Assembly: GCA_024281095.1 (NCBI GenBank)
Contig: JAMXLJ010000157.1
Coordinates: 20,183 to 84,182, forward strand
Direction: 5' to 3'
Origin: Acidimicrobiia bacterium
GTDB taxonomy: Bacteria > Actinomycetota > Acidimicrobiia > IMCC26256 > JAMXLJ01
DNA: 64,000 nt
Shown here: piece by piece, positions 18,859 to 27,076 of the stretch
Layout: each line of letters starts with the position of its first letter
Position numbering within the stretch: the stretch's first letter is position 1
Translations under genes and position numbers: made by a program
The notes under the pieces: generated by a model
What the model was told of the DNA's origin: nothing
Databases searched by the model: none
Seen by the model: only the letters and a program-made list of their open reading frames with translations

Positions 18859-20050
18859 CGACGACGCCACTCGCTCGGAGCTTCTCGATCTCGTCGACCG
18901 AGACGCCGAGCTCGGCGAGGACCTCGTCCGTGTGCTGCCCCGGGTCGGGCGGCATCGAGCGCGGTGCCCACGGTGTCGCCGAGAAGTCGACCGGTGTCGC
19001 GACCATCGTGGCGGTGCCGCCCTCGTCCGGAACGTCGACGAACCCGCCGCTCGCCCGAACCTGCGGGTCGTCGACGACCTCGTCCAGATCCTGCACGGGA
19101 GCCCACCACACGTTCTCGCGGTCGAACACGTCGCTCCATTCGTCGCGCGTTCGTGTCGCGAAGATCTCGTCGAGCAGCGCACAGAGCTCCGCGCTGTTCT
19201 TGCGCCGGCCACGGGGCGACGCGAACCGTTCGTCGTCGAGCCACTCGGTGCGCCCGACGGCGCGACACAGATCGGGCCAGTGACGTTCGCCCTCGAGCCC
19301 GATCAACCAGAACCAGCGCCCGTCGCGGTCGCGGTAGCTGTTGATCACCGGGTTGCCCATCGTTTCGCGCGTCGCCACGCCGATCGGCACACCGAAGCGC
19401 AACGCCGTGTTGACGTCGAAGCCGATCGTGTAGAGACCCTGACGGAGCAACGACGTCGACACGAACTGGCCCTCGCCGGTTCGGGTGCGCGCCGCGAGCG
19501 CCGCGCACACACCGGCCGCGAGGCTCATCGCCACGGTGTGGTCGCCCATGCCGCCGCGCTGGAACGGCGGCGTGCCACCCGGCGCGGTCAACAGCGCCGC
19601 GACGCCCGAGCGGGCCCAGAAGGCTCCGATGTCGTACGCGGCGCGGTCGCGGTCGGCGCCCTCGAGGCCGTATCCGGTGATCGCGCCGTACACCAGGCCC
19701 GGACACCGCCGCGCGACGGCGTCGTAGCCGAGGCCGGCGCGCTCCAGCCCCGCCAGCCGGACGTTCGTGACGAACACGTCGGCGCCCTCCAGCAACCGGA
19801 AGGCCAGCCCGCGTCCGTCGTCGGTGCCGAGATCGATCACGACGCTGCGCTTGCCCCGGTTGTCCAGCTCGAACGGCGGGTTGAAGGGCAAATCGCCGCC
19901 CAGCATGGAGGCGAAGGACCGGGCGGGGTCGCCGGAGGGCGGCTCGATCTTTACGACGTCGGCGCCCCAATCGGCCAGAATGCCGCCGGCGCCGGGGCCT
20001 GCCACCCAGACGCCGAGCTCCACGACGCGCACCCCGTCCAGCGGTCCCAT
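18854..20050 (-). CDS. CaiB/BaiF family (class III) CoA-transferase
   Basis: MGPLDGVRVVELGVWVAGPGAGGILADWGADVVKIEPP, with AGGAGGG upstream of ATG20050. Confidence 0.85.
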   Translation of the reverse strand: MGPLDGVRVVELGVWVAGPGAGGILADWGADVVKIEPPSGDPARSFASMLGGDLPFNPPFELDNRGKRSVVIDLGTDDGRGLAFRLLEGADVFVTNVRLAGLERAGLGYDAVARRCPGLVYGAITGYGLEGADRDRAAYDIGAFWARSGVAALLTAPGGTPPFQRGGMGDHTVAMSLAAGVCAALAARTRTGEGQFVSTSLLRQGLYTIGFDVNTALRFGVPIGVATRETMGNPVINSYRDRDGRWFWLIGLEGERHWPDLCRAVGRTEWLDDERFASPRGRRKNSAELCALLDEIFATRTRDEWSDVFDRENVWWAPVQDLDEVVDDPQVRASGGFVDVPDEGGTATMVATPVDFSATPWAPRSMPPDPGQHTDEVLAELGVSVDEIEKLRASGVVA

Positions 20051-20058
20051 GCACCCTC

Positions 20059-20098
20059 CTGATGCGGTTCTGATGCCGTCCTGACGCGGCTGACCGCG
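20059..20098. repeat. four direct repeats CTGAYSSSG phased 11/11/9 nt
   Basis: CTGATGCGG (20059), CTGATGCCG (20070), CTGACGCGG (20081) and CTGACCGCG (20090), in the divergent gap between the CoA-transferase and the phosphatase gene. Confidence 0.4.
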
Positions 20099-20157
20099 CG
20101 AGAGGACACTCGAAGCGCGAAGCTTGTCACCACCGGCGCGTCCCGTGCCGGTGCGCA

Positions 20158-20757
20158 ATGTTCGCCCCAATACACTCCCGCGCCATCGCTGCCATCGAAC
20201 CCGTTGACGTTCTCGTGGTCTGCACCGGCAACATCTGCCGTTCACCCATGGGCGAGGCCCTGATGCGCCACCATCTCGCGGCGCGTGGTGTCGCGGCGCG
20301 GGTCCACTCGGCCGGAACGATGCGCTGGCGCGGCGTGGCCACGCCCGAGGCGGTGGAGGCCATGCGTGAGCGGGGCTTCGACGTGTCGTCCCACCAGAGC
20401 CGCAACCTCACGCCGGCGCTGATCGACGCGAGCGATCTCGTGCTGGGAATGACTCGCGCGCACGTCGACTTCGTCGGGAACCATTGTCCGGACGCCAGTG
20501 ACCGCACATTCATGGTTCGCGAGCTCGCGCGTCTCGGCGCGCGCGTCGGTCCGCGGGAACGACACGAGCCCGTGCGGCAGTGGCTGGGACGCGTGGCGGC
20601 GTTGCGCGAGCCGGGACGCCCCGTCGGCCACCCTCAGGACGAGATCGACGATCCCGTCGGCCAGCCGCTCGAGGTGTACCGCGCGACGGCGGCCCGGCTC
20701 GACGACGCGCTGGTGACGATCGCGGATCTTCTCGCCGGCCCGGCGGAGCAGAGCTGA
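20158..20757 (+). CDS. low-molecular-weight protein-tyrosine phosphatase
   Basis: P-loop VVCTGNICRSPMGE (CX5RS) and a DDP loop downstream. Confidence 0.8.
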   Translation: MFAPIHSRAIAAIEPVDVLVVCTGNICRSPMGEALMRHHLAARGVAARVHSAGTMRWRGVATPEAVEAMRERGFDVSSHQSRNLTPALIDASDLVLGMTRAHVDFVGNHCPDASDRTFMVRELARLGARVGPRERHEPVRQWLGRVAALREPGRPVGHPQDEIDDPVGQPLEVYRATAARLDDALVTIADLLAGPAEQS

Positions 20758-20758
20758 C

Positions 20759-22255
20759 ATGGCCCGGCCCCGCCGAGGCATGGCTGCGCCCGGGCTCGGT
20801 GCCGTCCGGGAGCACCTCCCCGGCGGCGCGCTGTGGGACCGCTTCGTGCGGCGGTACCTGATCGCGCTCGCACTGAGCTGCCTCGTGATCGTCGGCGGTC
20901 TCGTCGGCGTCAACATGAACGTCAACAGCAAGCTCGGGCGAATCCACAGCGTGAAGGGACTCAGCCTCGGAAAGGAGCCGAAGGCCCACTCGGGCAACTT
21001 CCTCGTGATCGGTTCCGACTCCCGCGGGTTCGTGCACAACTCGGCCCAAGCCCGAGCGTTCGGCAACGCGCAGCAACAAAGCGGGCAGCGAAGCGACACG
21101 ATCATGATCGCCCACGTCGACGCGTCGCAGAAGCACATCCTCGTCGTGTCGCTGCCGCGCGACACACAGGTCGACATCCCGGGCATGGGGCGCCAGAAGA
21201 TCAACGCCGCGTTCAATGCCGGTCCCCAGCGTCTCATCGACACGATCCAGGCCAACTTCCACGTCACGATCAACCACTACATCGAGGTCGGCTTCGATTC
21301 GTTCTCGGGCATCGTCGACGCGATCGGTCATGTGCCGATCTCGTTTCCTGCCCCGGCCTTCGACGTGTGCACCGGGCTCTACATCCCGTCGGCGGGCACG
21401 GCGCAGCTCGACGGCGTTGCCGCGCTGCAGTACGTGCGCTCCCGGCACCTGCAGTACTACCGGAACGGCGGGTGGCGCGACGCGAGCCCGCGCGCCGACC
21501 TCGACCGTGTCACGCGCCAGCAGGGCTTCATCCGCCAGCTCGCGACGCTCGCGTTCCAGAAGGCGGAGAAGGACATCTTCGCGGCCAACGACATCGCGAA
21601 CAGCGTCGTCGACAAGCTGGGCGTCGACGACTCGCTCGCGCAGAACCACGGCGACCTGCTCGCGTTCGTGCGCATCTTCCGCGACGTGAACCCGTCCGAC
21701 CCCACCGCGTTCGAGACCATCACGCTTCCGGTGCAGGGCGAAGGCACCACGACGCGGCCGTTGGTGCTCCAGCAGCCGCAGGCCGACGAGCTGTTCCAGC
21801 GATTGAAGAAATTCGGCGGGCCGCTGCCGATCTCGCACAACCTGCCGCCCCAGCAGATCCAGGTGCGGGTGCTCAACGGCACGGGCGTTCGGGGCCGGGC
21901 GAGCAGTGTGCAGCAGCAGATGTCCGCGCTCGGCTTCGTGGCCGCCGGGGTCGGCGACGCTCCGCACGCGACCGAGACCGAGGTGCACTACCGGCCCGAG
22001 GCCCTTGCGGGAGCACGGACGGTACAGGGATACCTCGGCGGGGTGGGGCAGCTCGTCGACGACCCGAACCTGCCGAGCGCGGCCGTCGTCGTCGTGCTCG
22101 GTGACGACTTCAAGCAGGTGATGACGCCGGAGCAGCTGCTGCTCAACACGGTCGCCCAGAACGCGACGAGCACCACGACCGGGCCACCCACCACGACCAC
22201 GACCGAGAAGGTCAAGAACCCGCCGCCGCCGAGGGAGTCCTGCCCGCAAACGTAA
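20759..22255 (+). CDS. LCP (LytR-CpsA-Psr) family cell-envelope glycopolymer transferase with LytR_C domain
   Basis: N-terminal TM segment, LVIGSDSR...RSDTIMIAHVD...SLPRD core, and C-terminal IQVRVLNGTGVRGRA. Confidence 0.85.
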   Translation: MARPRRGMAAPGLGAVREHLPGGALWDRFVRRYLIALALSCLVIVGGLVGVNMNVNSKLGRIHSVKGLSLGKEPKAHSGNFLVIGSDSRGFVHNSAQARAFGNAQQQSGQRSDTIMIAHVDASQKHILVVSLPRDTQVDIPGMGRQKINAAFNAGPQRLIDTIQANFHVTINHYIEVGFDSFSGIVDAIGHVPISFPAPAFDVCTGLYIPSAGTAQLDGVAALQYVRSRHLQYYRNGGWRDASPRADLDRVTRQQGFIRQLATLAFQKAEKDIFAANDIANSVVDKLGVDDSLAQNHGDLLAFVRIFRDVNPSDPTAFETITLPVQGEGTTTRPLVLQQPQADELFQRLKKFGGPLPISHNLPPQQIQVRVLNGTGVRGRASSVQQQMSALGFVAAGVGDAPHATETEVHYRPEALAGARTVQGYLGGVGQLVDDPNLPSAAVVVVLGDDFKQVMTPEQLLLNTVAQNATSTTTGPPTTTTTEKVKNPPPPRESCPQT

Positions 22256-22851
22256 TGTTGCGCCCCGTGGCCGTCGACGCGAACGGTGAGACCCTCACCC
22301 GGAACCAGGCCGTGCGGCGCGAGCGCGTCATCAAGGCCGTGATGGAGCTCGCCGCCGAAGGCGGATACGACGCGGTTCAGATGCGCGACGTCGCGGCTCG
22401 CGCGCACGTCGCCCTCGGCACGATCTACCGGTATTTCGCCTCGAAGGATCACCTGCTCGCAGCGACGCTGGTGGAGTTCTCCCATGACATCCAGGGGAGG
22501 CTCGTGCGCCAGCCGCCGCGTGGCGACACGTCCGCCGATCGCATGGTCGACGTCATCCGCCGGGCGATGAAGGCGATCGAGCGACAGCCTCGCCTCGGGA
22601 AGGCGATGGTCACCGCGATCGCGTCGCCCGATCCGGCTGTCGCCGGTTGTCAGGCCGAGATGAGCACGATCATGGTGCAGCTCCTGTCGGAGCCCATGGC
22701 CGACGTCGATCCTGACCGCCGGTTGCGGATCGTCACCGTGCTCTCGCACGTCTGGTTCTCGGCGTTGCTCGGCTGGGTCAACGAGTGGACGAACGTGGGC
22801 AGCGTCGGCGACGAGCTGGAGTCCGCGATTCGGCTGGTGCTTCCCGACTGA
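22255..22851 (+). CDS. kstR: TetR family repressor, KstR-like
   Basis: GGYDAVQMRDVAARAHVALGTIYRYFASKDHLL and C-terminal SHVWFSALLGWV...AIRLVL parallel my recollection of M. tuberculosis KstR (GGYEAVQMRAVADRADVAVGTLYRYFPSKVHLL ... SDVWLSNLLAWL...AVRLLI). Its ATG overlaps the LCP stop (TAATG). Confidence 0.75.
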   Translation: MLRPVAVDANGETLTRNQAVRRERVIKAVMELAAEGGYDAVQMRDVAARAHVALGTIYRYFASKDHLLAATLVEFSHDIQGRLVRQPPRGDTSADRMVDVIRRAMKAIERQPRLGKAMVTAIASPDPAVAGCQAEMSTIMVQLLSEPMADVDPDRRLRIVTVLSHVWFSALLGWVNEWTNVGSVGDELESAIRLVLPD

Positions 22852-22884
22852 CCGGCCCGTTTGCCTCCGGTTGCCGCTCAGAAA

Positions 22885-22898
22885 TGCAATGTGTTCTA
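22885..22898. promoter_or_regulatory. KstR-type operator candidate TGCAATGTGTTCTA (one core mismatch)
   Basis: Fits TnnAACnnGTTnnA except AAT for AAC. Lies between the kstR stop and the first DUF35 gene and overlaps the alternative ATG22884. Confidence 0.5.
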
Positions 22899-22907
22899 CT
22901 CGGGGCC

Positions 22908-23354
22908 GTGACGGAGCTACGCGCGACAACCCATACGATCGAGTTCCCGTACACGCGCACCTTGGGCCCTGTGATCGGGTCGTTCTTCACGGGGCTGCGC
23001 GACCGACGCATCCTCGGCATCAGGGCAGGCGACCGCGTGCTGGTGCCCCCGCTCGAATACGACCCCGAGACGGGCGACGCGCTGAAGCCCGACTTCGTCG
23101 AGGTCGGGCCGGCGGGCACCGTGACGTCGTGGTCGTGGGTCACGAAGCCGACGCGCAAGCACCCGCTCGACCGGCCGTTCGGCTTCGCCCTGATCCGCCT
23201 CGACGGCGCCGACACCGCGATGGTGCACGCGGTCGACGCCGGGTCCATCGACCGCATGCAGACCGGCATGCGCGTCACGCCGCGCTGGCGCGACGAGCGC
23301 AAGGGTCGCATCGACGACATCGAGTGCTTCGTGCCGGAAGGAGGTGCAGCGTGA
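22908..23354 (+). CDS. DUF35 OB-fold protein (N-terminal Zn-ribbon cysteines not evident)
   Basis: ...FPYTRTLGPVIGSFFTGLRDRRILGIRAGDRVLVPPLEYDPETG... The start is GTG22908 or ATG22884. Confidence 0.7.
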   Translation: MTELRATTHTIEFPYTRTLGPVIGSFFTGLRDRRILGIRAGDRVLVPPLEYDPETGDALKPDFVEVGPAGTVTSWSWVTKPTRKHPLDRPFGFALIRLDGADTAMVHAVDAGSIDRMQTGMRVTPRWRDERKGRIDDIECFVPEGGAA

Positions 23355-23920
23355 CCGACACGGCCGGCAACGCCACGACGACGTCCGGCGACGAGCCCGT
23401 GACGATGATGGAGTACTTCATGCAGCTCGAGTACTCCGACGTCGTGAGCGCGCCCGTGATGCGTTTCCGTGACGCGCTCATGGACGCGCGCCTCATCGCC
23501 CAGCAGTGTCCGAAGTGCAAGCTCGTGTACGTGCCACCCAAGGGCTACTGCCCGATCGACACCGTCGAGCTCGACGAGCGCAACGAGATCCAGCTCGCCG
23601 ACCGCGGCGTGGTGACGAACTACACGGTCGTCACGCCGGTGCAGTACTACGGCCAGAAGGAGACCGAGCCGTTCGTGCGGGCGTCGATCCTGCTCGACCC
23701 ACCCGGCGGCATGTTGATCCTGCAGGACGTCCTCGACATTCCGGTCGCCGAGGTCCGCGCCGGCATGCGGGTCGAGGCGGTGTGGGCGCCGAAGGGCGAA
23801 CGCGACGTCGACGAGATCGGCAACCGGTCGGGCAGTGCGCTCGAAGGGTCGTTGCGGGGCTTCCGCCCAACCGGCGAGCCCGACATGCCGGCAGAGGCAT
23901 TCAGCGACAAGGTGTGGTGA
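23351..23920 (+). CDS. Zn-ribbon/OB-fold DUF35 protein
   Basis: GTG23351 overlaps the upstream stop (GTGA). Has CPKC...YCP, a rubredoxin-like knuckle, followed by an OB fold. Confidence 0.7.
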   Translation: MTDTAGNATTTSGDEPVTMMEYFMQLEYSDVVSAPVMRFRDALMDARLIAQQCPKCKLVYVPPKGYCPIDTVELDERNEIQLADRGVVTNYTVVTPVQYYGQKETEPFVRASILLDPPGGMLILQDVLDIPVAEVRAGMRVEAVWAPKGERDVDEIGNRSGSALEGSLRGFRPTGEPDMPAEAFSDKVW

Positions 23921-24984
23921 TGGCTGCGCTCAAGGATGTTGCGATCATCGGCTACGCGCAGGCGCGCAACGAGCGCCAGGCGCAGGCGACCGAGGTACAG
24001 TTCCTGTTCCCGGTCATCAACGAGGCGTTGGAGATGTCGAAGATCCCGCGCCGCGAGATCGGCTTCACGTGCGCGGGCAGTTGTGACTACCTCTCCGGGC
24101 AGACGTTCGCGTTCGTGATGAACCTCGAGGCGGTGGGAGCGTGGCCCCCCATCAGCGAGAGCCACGTCGAGATGGACGGCGCGTGGGCGTTGTACGAAGC
24201 GTGGGTTCGCCTCCAGCACGAGGACATCGACACCGCGTTGGTGTTCGGCTCCGGCAAGTCGTCGCCCGGCAACCCGGCGGAGATCTATCCGCTCCAGATG
24301 GACCCGTACACCCTCACCCCGTTGGGTTTCGACCCGGTGTCGAGCGCGGCGATTCAAGCTCGGGCCCTGCTCGACGCGGGCAAGGTCACCGAGCGTCAGA
24401 TGGCGGAGATCGCGGCCCGGAGCCGGCGCGACGCGATGAAGAACCCCTACGCGCAGGTGACCGGCGAGTTCGACGTCGACGAACTGCTCGCGCAGCCGTA
24501 CGTCACCGCGCCGTTGCGCAAGCACGACCTGCCGCCGATCTCCGACGGCGCGTGCGCGGTCGTGCTCGCCACGGGTGACAAGGCTCGCGAGGTGTGCGAG
24601 CGGCCCGCGTGGATCCGCGGCATCGACCATCGCATCGAGGCGCACCAGCCGGGCATGCGCGATCTCACCACGTCGCGCTCGACGCGGCTCGCGGGCGAGG
24701 CTGCCGGCGTGGGCTCGGCGCCGATCGAGGTGGCCGAGCTGTCGGCGACGTTCACACACCAGGAACCGATCCTGCGCGAGGCGCTCGGGCTCGGCGACCA
24801 GGTCGCGATCAACCCGTCCGGCGGCGCGCTGAGCGCGAACCCGGTGATGGCGGTCGGCTTGGCTCGCATCGCCGAGGCCGCGAAACAGATCGTCGAAGGC
24901 GGCCGCCGCCGCACCCTCGGGCATGCGACCTCGGGGATGTGCCTGCAGCAGAACCTCGTCTGCGTCCTGGAAGGGGAGCAGTAG
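23920..24984 (+). CDS. thiolase-like lipid-transfer protein (Ltp3/Ltp4-like), probably non-thiolytic
   Basis: 354 aa SCP-x-type thiolase fold with C-terminal INPSGGALSANP. By eye there is no Cys at the nucleophile-aligned position (VEMDGAWAL). Confidence 0.75.
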   Translation: MAALKDVAIIGYAQARNERQAQATEVQFLFPVINEALEMSKIPRREIGFTCAGSCDYLSGQTFAFVMNLEAVGAWPPISESHVEMDGAWALYEAWVRLQHEDIDTALVFGSGKSSPGNPAEIYPLQMDPYTLTPLGFDPVSSAAIQARALLDAGKVTERQMAEIAARSRRDAMKNPYAQVTGEFDVDELLAQPYVTAPLRKHDLPPISDGACAVVLATGDKAREVCERPAWIRGIDHRIEAHQPGMRDLTTSRSTRLAGEAAGVGSAPIEVAELSATFTHQEPILREALGLGDQVAINPSGGALSANPVMAVGLARIAEAAKQIVEGGRRRTLGHATSGMCLQQNLVCVLEGEQ

Positions 24985-26150
24985 TGGCTACCGCTCATGA
25001 GCCGTGTGCCATCGTCGGCTTTGGCCAGACCAAGCACAAGAAGCGTCGTGACGATCTCTCGCTCCCGGGCCTCGTGCGCGAGGCGGCGGAGCGAGCGCTC
25101 GACGACGCCGGGATGACGTGGTCCGACATCGAGGCCGTCGTCATCGGCAAGGCGCCCGACCCGTTCGAGGGCGTGATGATGCCCGAGTTGTCGTTGGCCG
25201 ACGCGCTCGCCGCGGTCGGCAAGCCGATGATGCGCGTGCACACGGCCGGCAGCGTGGGCGGCTCGACCTCGATCGTCGCGTCGTCGTTGATCATGGGCCG
25301 CCGGCACCAGCGGGTCCTCACGGTCGCGTACGAGAAGCAGTCGGAGGGCAACGCCCAGTGGGGCCTCGCCGGCGGCCGCAGTGGCGGCATGGGAGCCGGC
25401 GGCATCTTCGCTCCGTGGATGCGGTCGTACATCCGCGGTTCGGGCGCGCCGGAGCACATCGGCTGGAAGGTCGCGGTGAAGGACCGGCTGAACGCGGTCA
25501 AGAACCCGTACGCGCATCTGCAGCTCCCCGACATCACGATCGAGAAGGTGAAGGAGTCGCCCATGTTGTGGGAGCCGATCCACTTCCTCGAGTCGTGCCC
25601 GAGCTCCGATGGTGCTGCCGCGATGGTGCTCACCGACGAGGAGGGTGGACGCGCCGCGTCGAAGCCGCCGGCGTGGGTGCTCGGCACCGCGATGCGAAGC
25701 GAGCTCGGTTCGTTTCCCGGGCGCGACACCGTGCGACCGCAAGCCGGCGTCGAGTGCGCGGAGATGTTGTACAAGGAAGTCGGCATCACCAACCCGCGCG
25801 AGCAGATCGACGTCGCGGAGCTCTACGTTCCGTTCTCGTGGTACGAGCCGATGTGGCTCGAGGGTCACGACATCGCCGGCCCGGGGGAGGGTTGGAAGAT
25901 GGTCGACTCGGGTGAGACCGAGATCACCGGCAGCTTCCCGGTGAACCCGTCCGGTGGTGTGCTGTCGTCGAATCCCATCGGGGCGTCGGGCATGCTGCGC
26001 TTCGGCGAGGCCGCGCAACAGGTCCGCGGTCAGGCGGGCGAGCATCAGGTTCCCGGCGCGAAGGTCGCGCTGGCCCAGGCCTACGGGGGCGCGGCGCAGT
26101 ACTTCGCAATGTGGGTGGTGTCGTCGGAGCTGCAACCCAGTCTCTCGTGA
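24984..26150 (+). CDS. thiolase-like lipid-transfer protein (Ltp3/Ltp4-like), probably non-thiolytic
   Basis: GTG24984 overlaps the upstream TAG. 388 aa with VHTAGSVGGSTS in place of the NNCATGST nucleophile motif, plus VNPSGGVLSSNP. Confidence 0.75.
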   Translation: MATAHEPCAIVGFGQTKHKKRRDDLSLPGLVREAAERALDDAGMTWSDIEAVVIGKAPDPFEGVMMPELSLADALAAVGKPMMRVHTAGSVGGSTSIVASSLIMGRRHQRVLTVAYEKQSEGNAQWGLAGGRSGGMGAGGIFAPWMRSYIRGSGAPEHIGWKVAVKDRLNAVKNPYAHLQLPDITIEKVKESPMLWEPIHFLESCPSSDGAAAMVLTDEEGGRAASKPPAWVLGTAMRSELGSFPGRDTVRPQAGVECAEMLYKEVGITNPREQIDVAELYVPFSWYEPMWLEGHDIAGPGEGWKMVDSGETEITGSFPVNPSGGVLSSNPIGASGMLRFGEAAQQVRGQAGEHQVPGAKVALAQAYGGAAQYFAMWVVSSELQPSLS

Positions 26151-26164
26151 GGTCGTGAGGAGCA

Positions 26165-27076
26165 ATGGCACAGAAGATCTGTGATGGTCGGGTCGTCGTC
26201 GTGACCGGTGCCGGGCGCGGTATCGGTCGTGAGCACGCGCTCGAGTTCGCCCGTCAGGGTGCGAAGGTCGTCGTCAACGATCTCGGCGCCGAGGTCGACG
26301 GCACCGGCGGGTCCACGGGCCCGGCCGGCGAGGTGGTCGAGACCATCCGGGGCATGGGCGGCGAGGCAGTCGCGAACGGCGACGACGTCGCCGACTGGAA
26401 CGGCGCCAAGGCACTGATCGACACGGCCGTCAACACGTTCGGCCGCCTCGACACGCTTGTCAACAACGCAGGCATCCTGCGTGACCGCATGCTCGTCAAC
26501 ATGACCGAAGACGACTGGGACGCGGTCATGCGTGTGCACCTGCGCGGGCACTTCTGCCCCACCCGTCACGCGGCGGCGTACTGGCGGGAGCAGGTGAAGG
26601 CGGGCGAGACCGTGGACGCGCGCATCGTCTGCACCAGCTCCGGCGCGGGCCTCTTCGGCAATATCGGTCAGGCGAACTACGCCGCCGCGAAGTCGGGCAT
26701 CGCGACGTTCGCACGGGTCGCCGCCGCCGAACTGGGCCGGTACGGCGTCACCGCGAACGCGATCGCTCCGATCGCCCGCACGCGGATGACGGAGAATCTG
26801 TTCGCGGGCAGCATGGCCCGGCCGGACGCGGGCGCCTTCGATGCGATGGATCCCGGGAACATCGCGCCGCTCGTCGTCTGGCTCGGGAGCAACGACTCCG
26901 CCGGTGTGTCGGGACACGTGTTCGAGGTGGCCGGCGGCAAGGTCAACATCGCCGACAACTGGCGCACGCTGCCCGGCGTCGACAAGGGCGAACGTTGGGA
27001 GCCGGCCGATCTCGGGCCTGTGGTGCGGGAGCTCGTCGCCAAGGTCGACCCGGTCAAGGTGATCGGCGCGCAGTGA
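26165..27076 (+). CDS. long SDR, Hsd4A / MFE-2 dehydrogenase-domain-like (3-hydroxyacyl-CoA dehydrogenase)
   Basis: 303 aa with VVVTGAGRGIGREHALEFARQGAKVVVNDLG...ANYAAAK. Confidence 0.8.
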   Translation: MAQKICDGRVVVVTGAGRGIGREHALEFARQGAKVVVNDLGAEVDGTGGSTGPAGEVVETIRGMGGEAVANGDDVADWNGAKALIDTAVNTFGRLDTLVNNAGILRDRMLVNMTEDDWDAVMRVHLRGHFCPTRHAAAYWREQVKAGETVDARIVCTSSGAGLFGNIGQANYAAAKSGIATFARVAAAELGRYGVTANAIAPIARTRMTENLFAGSMARPDAGAFDAMDPGNIAPLVVWLGSNDSAGVSGHVFEVAGGKVNIADNWRTLPGVDKGERWEPADLGPVVRELVAKVDPVKVIGAQ

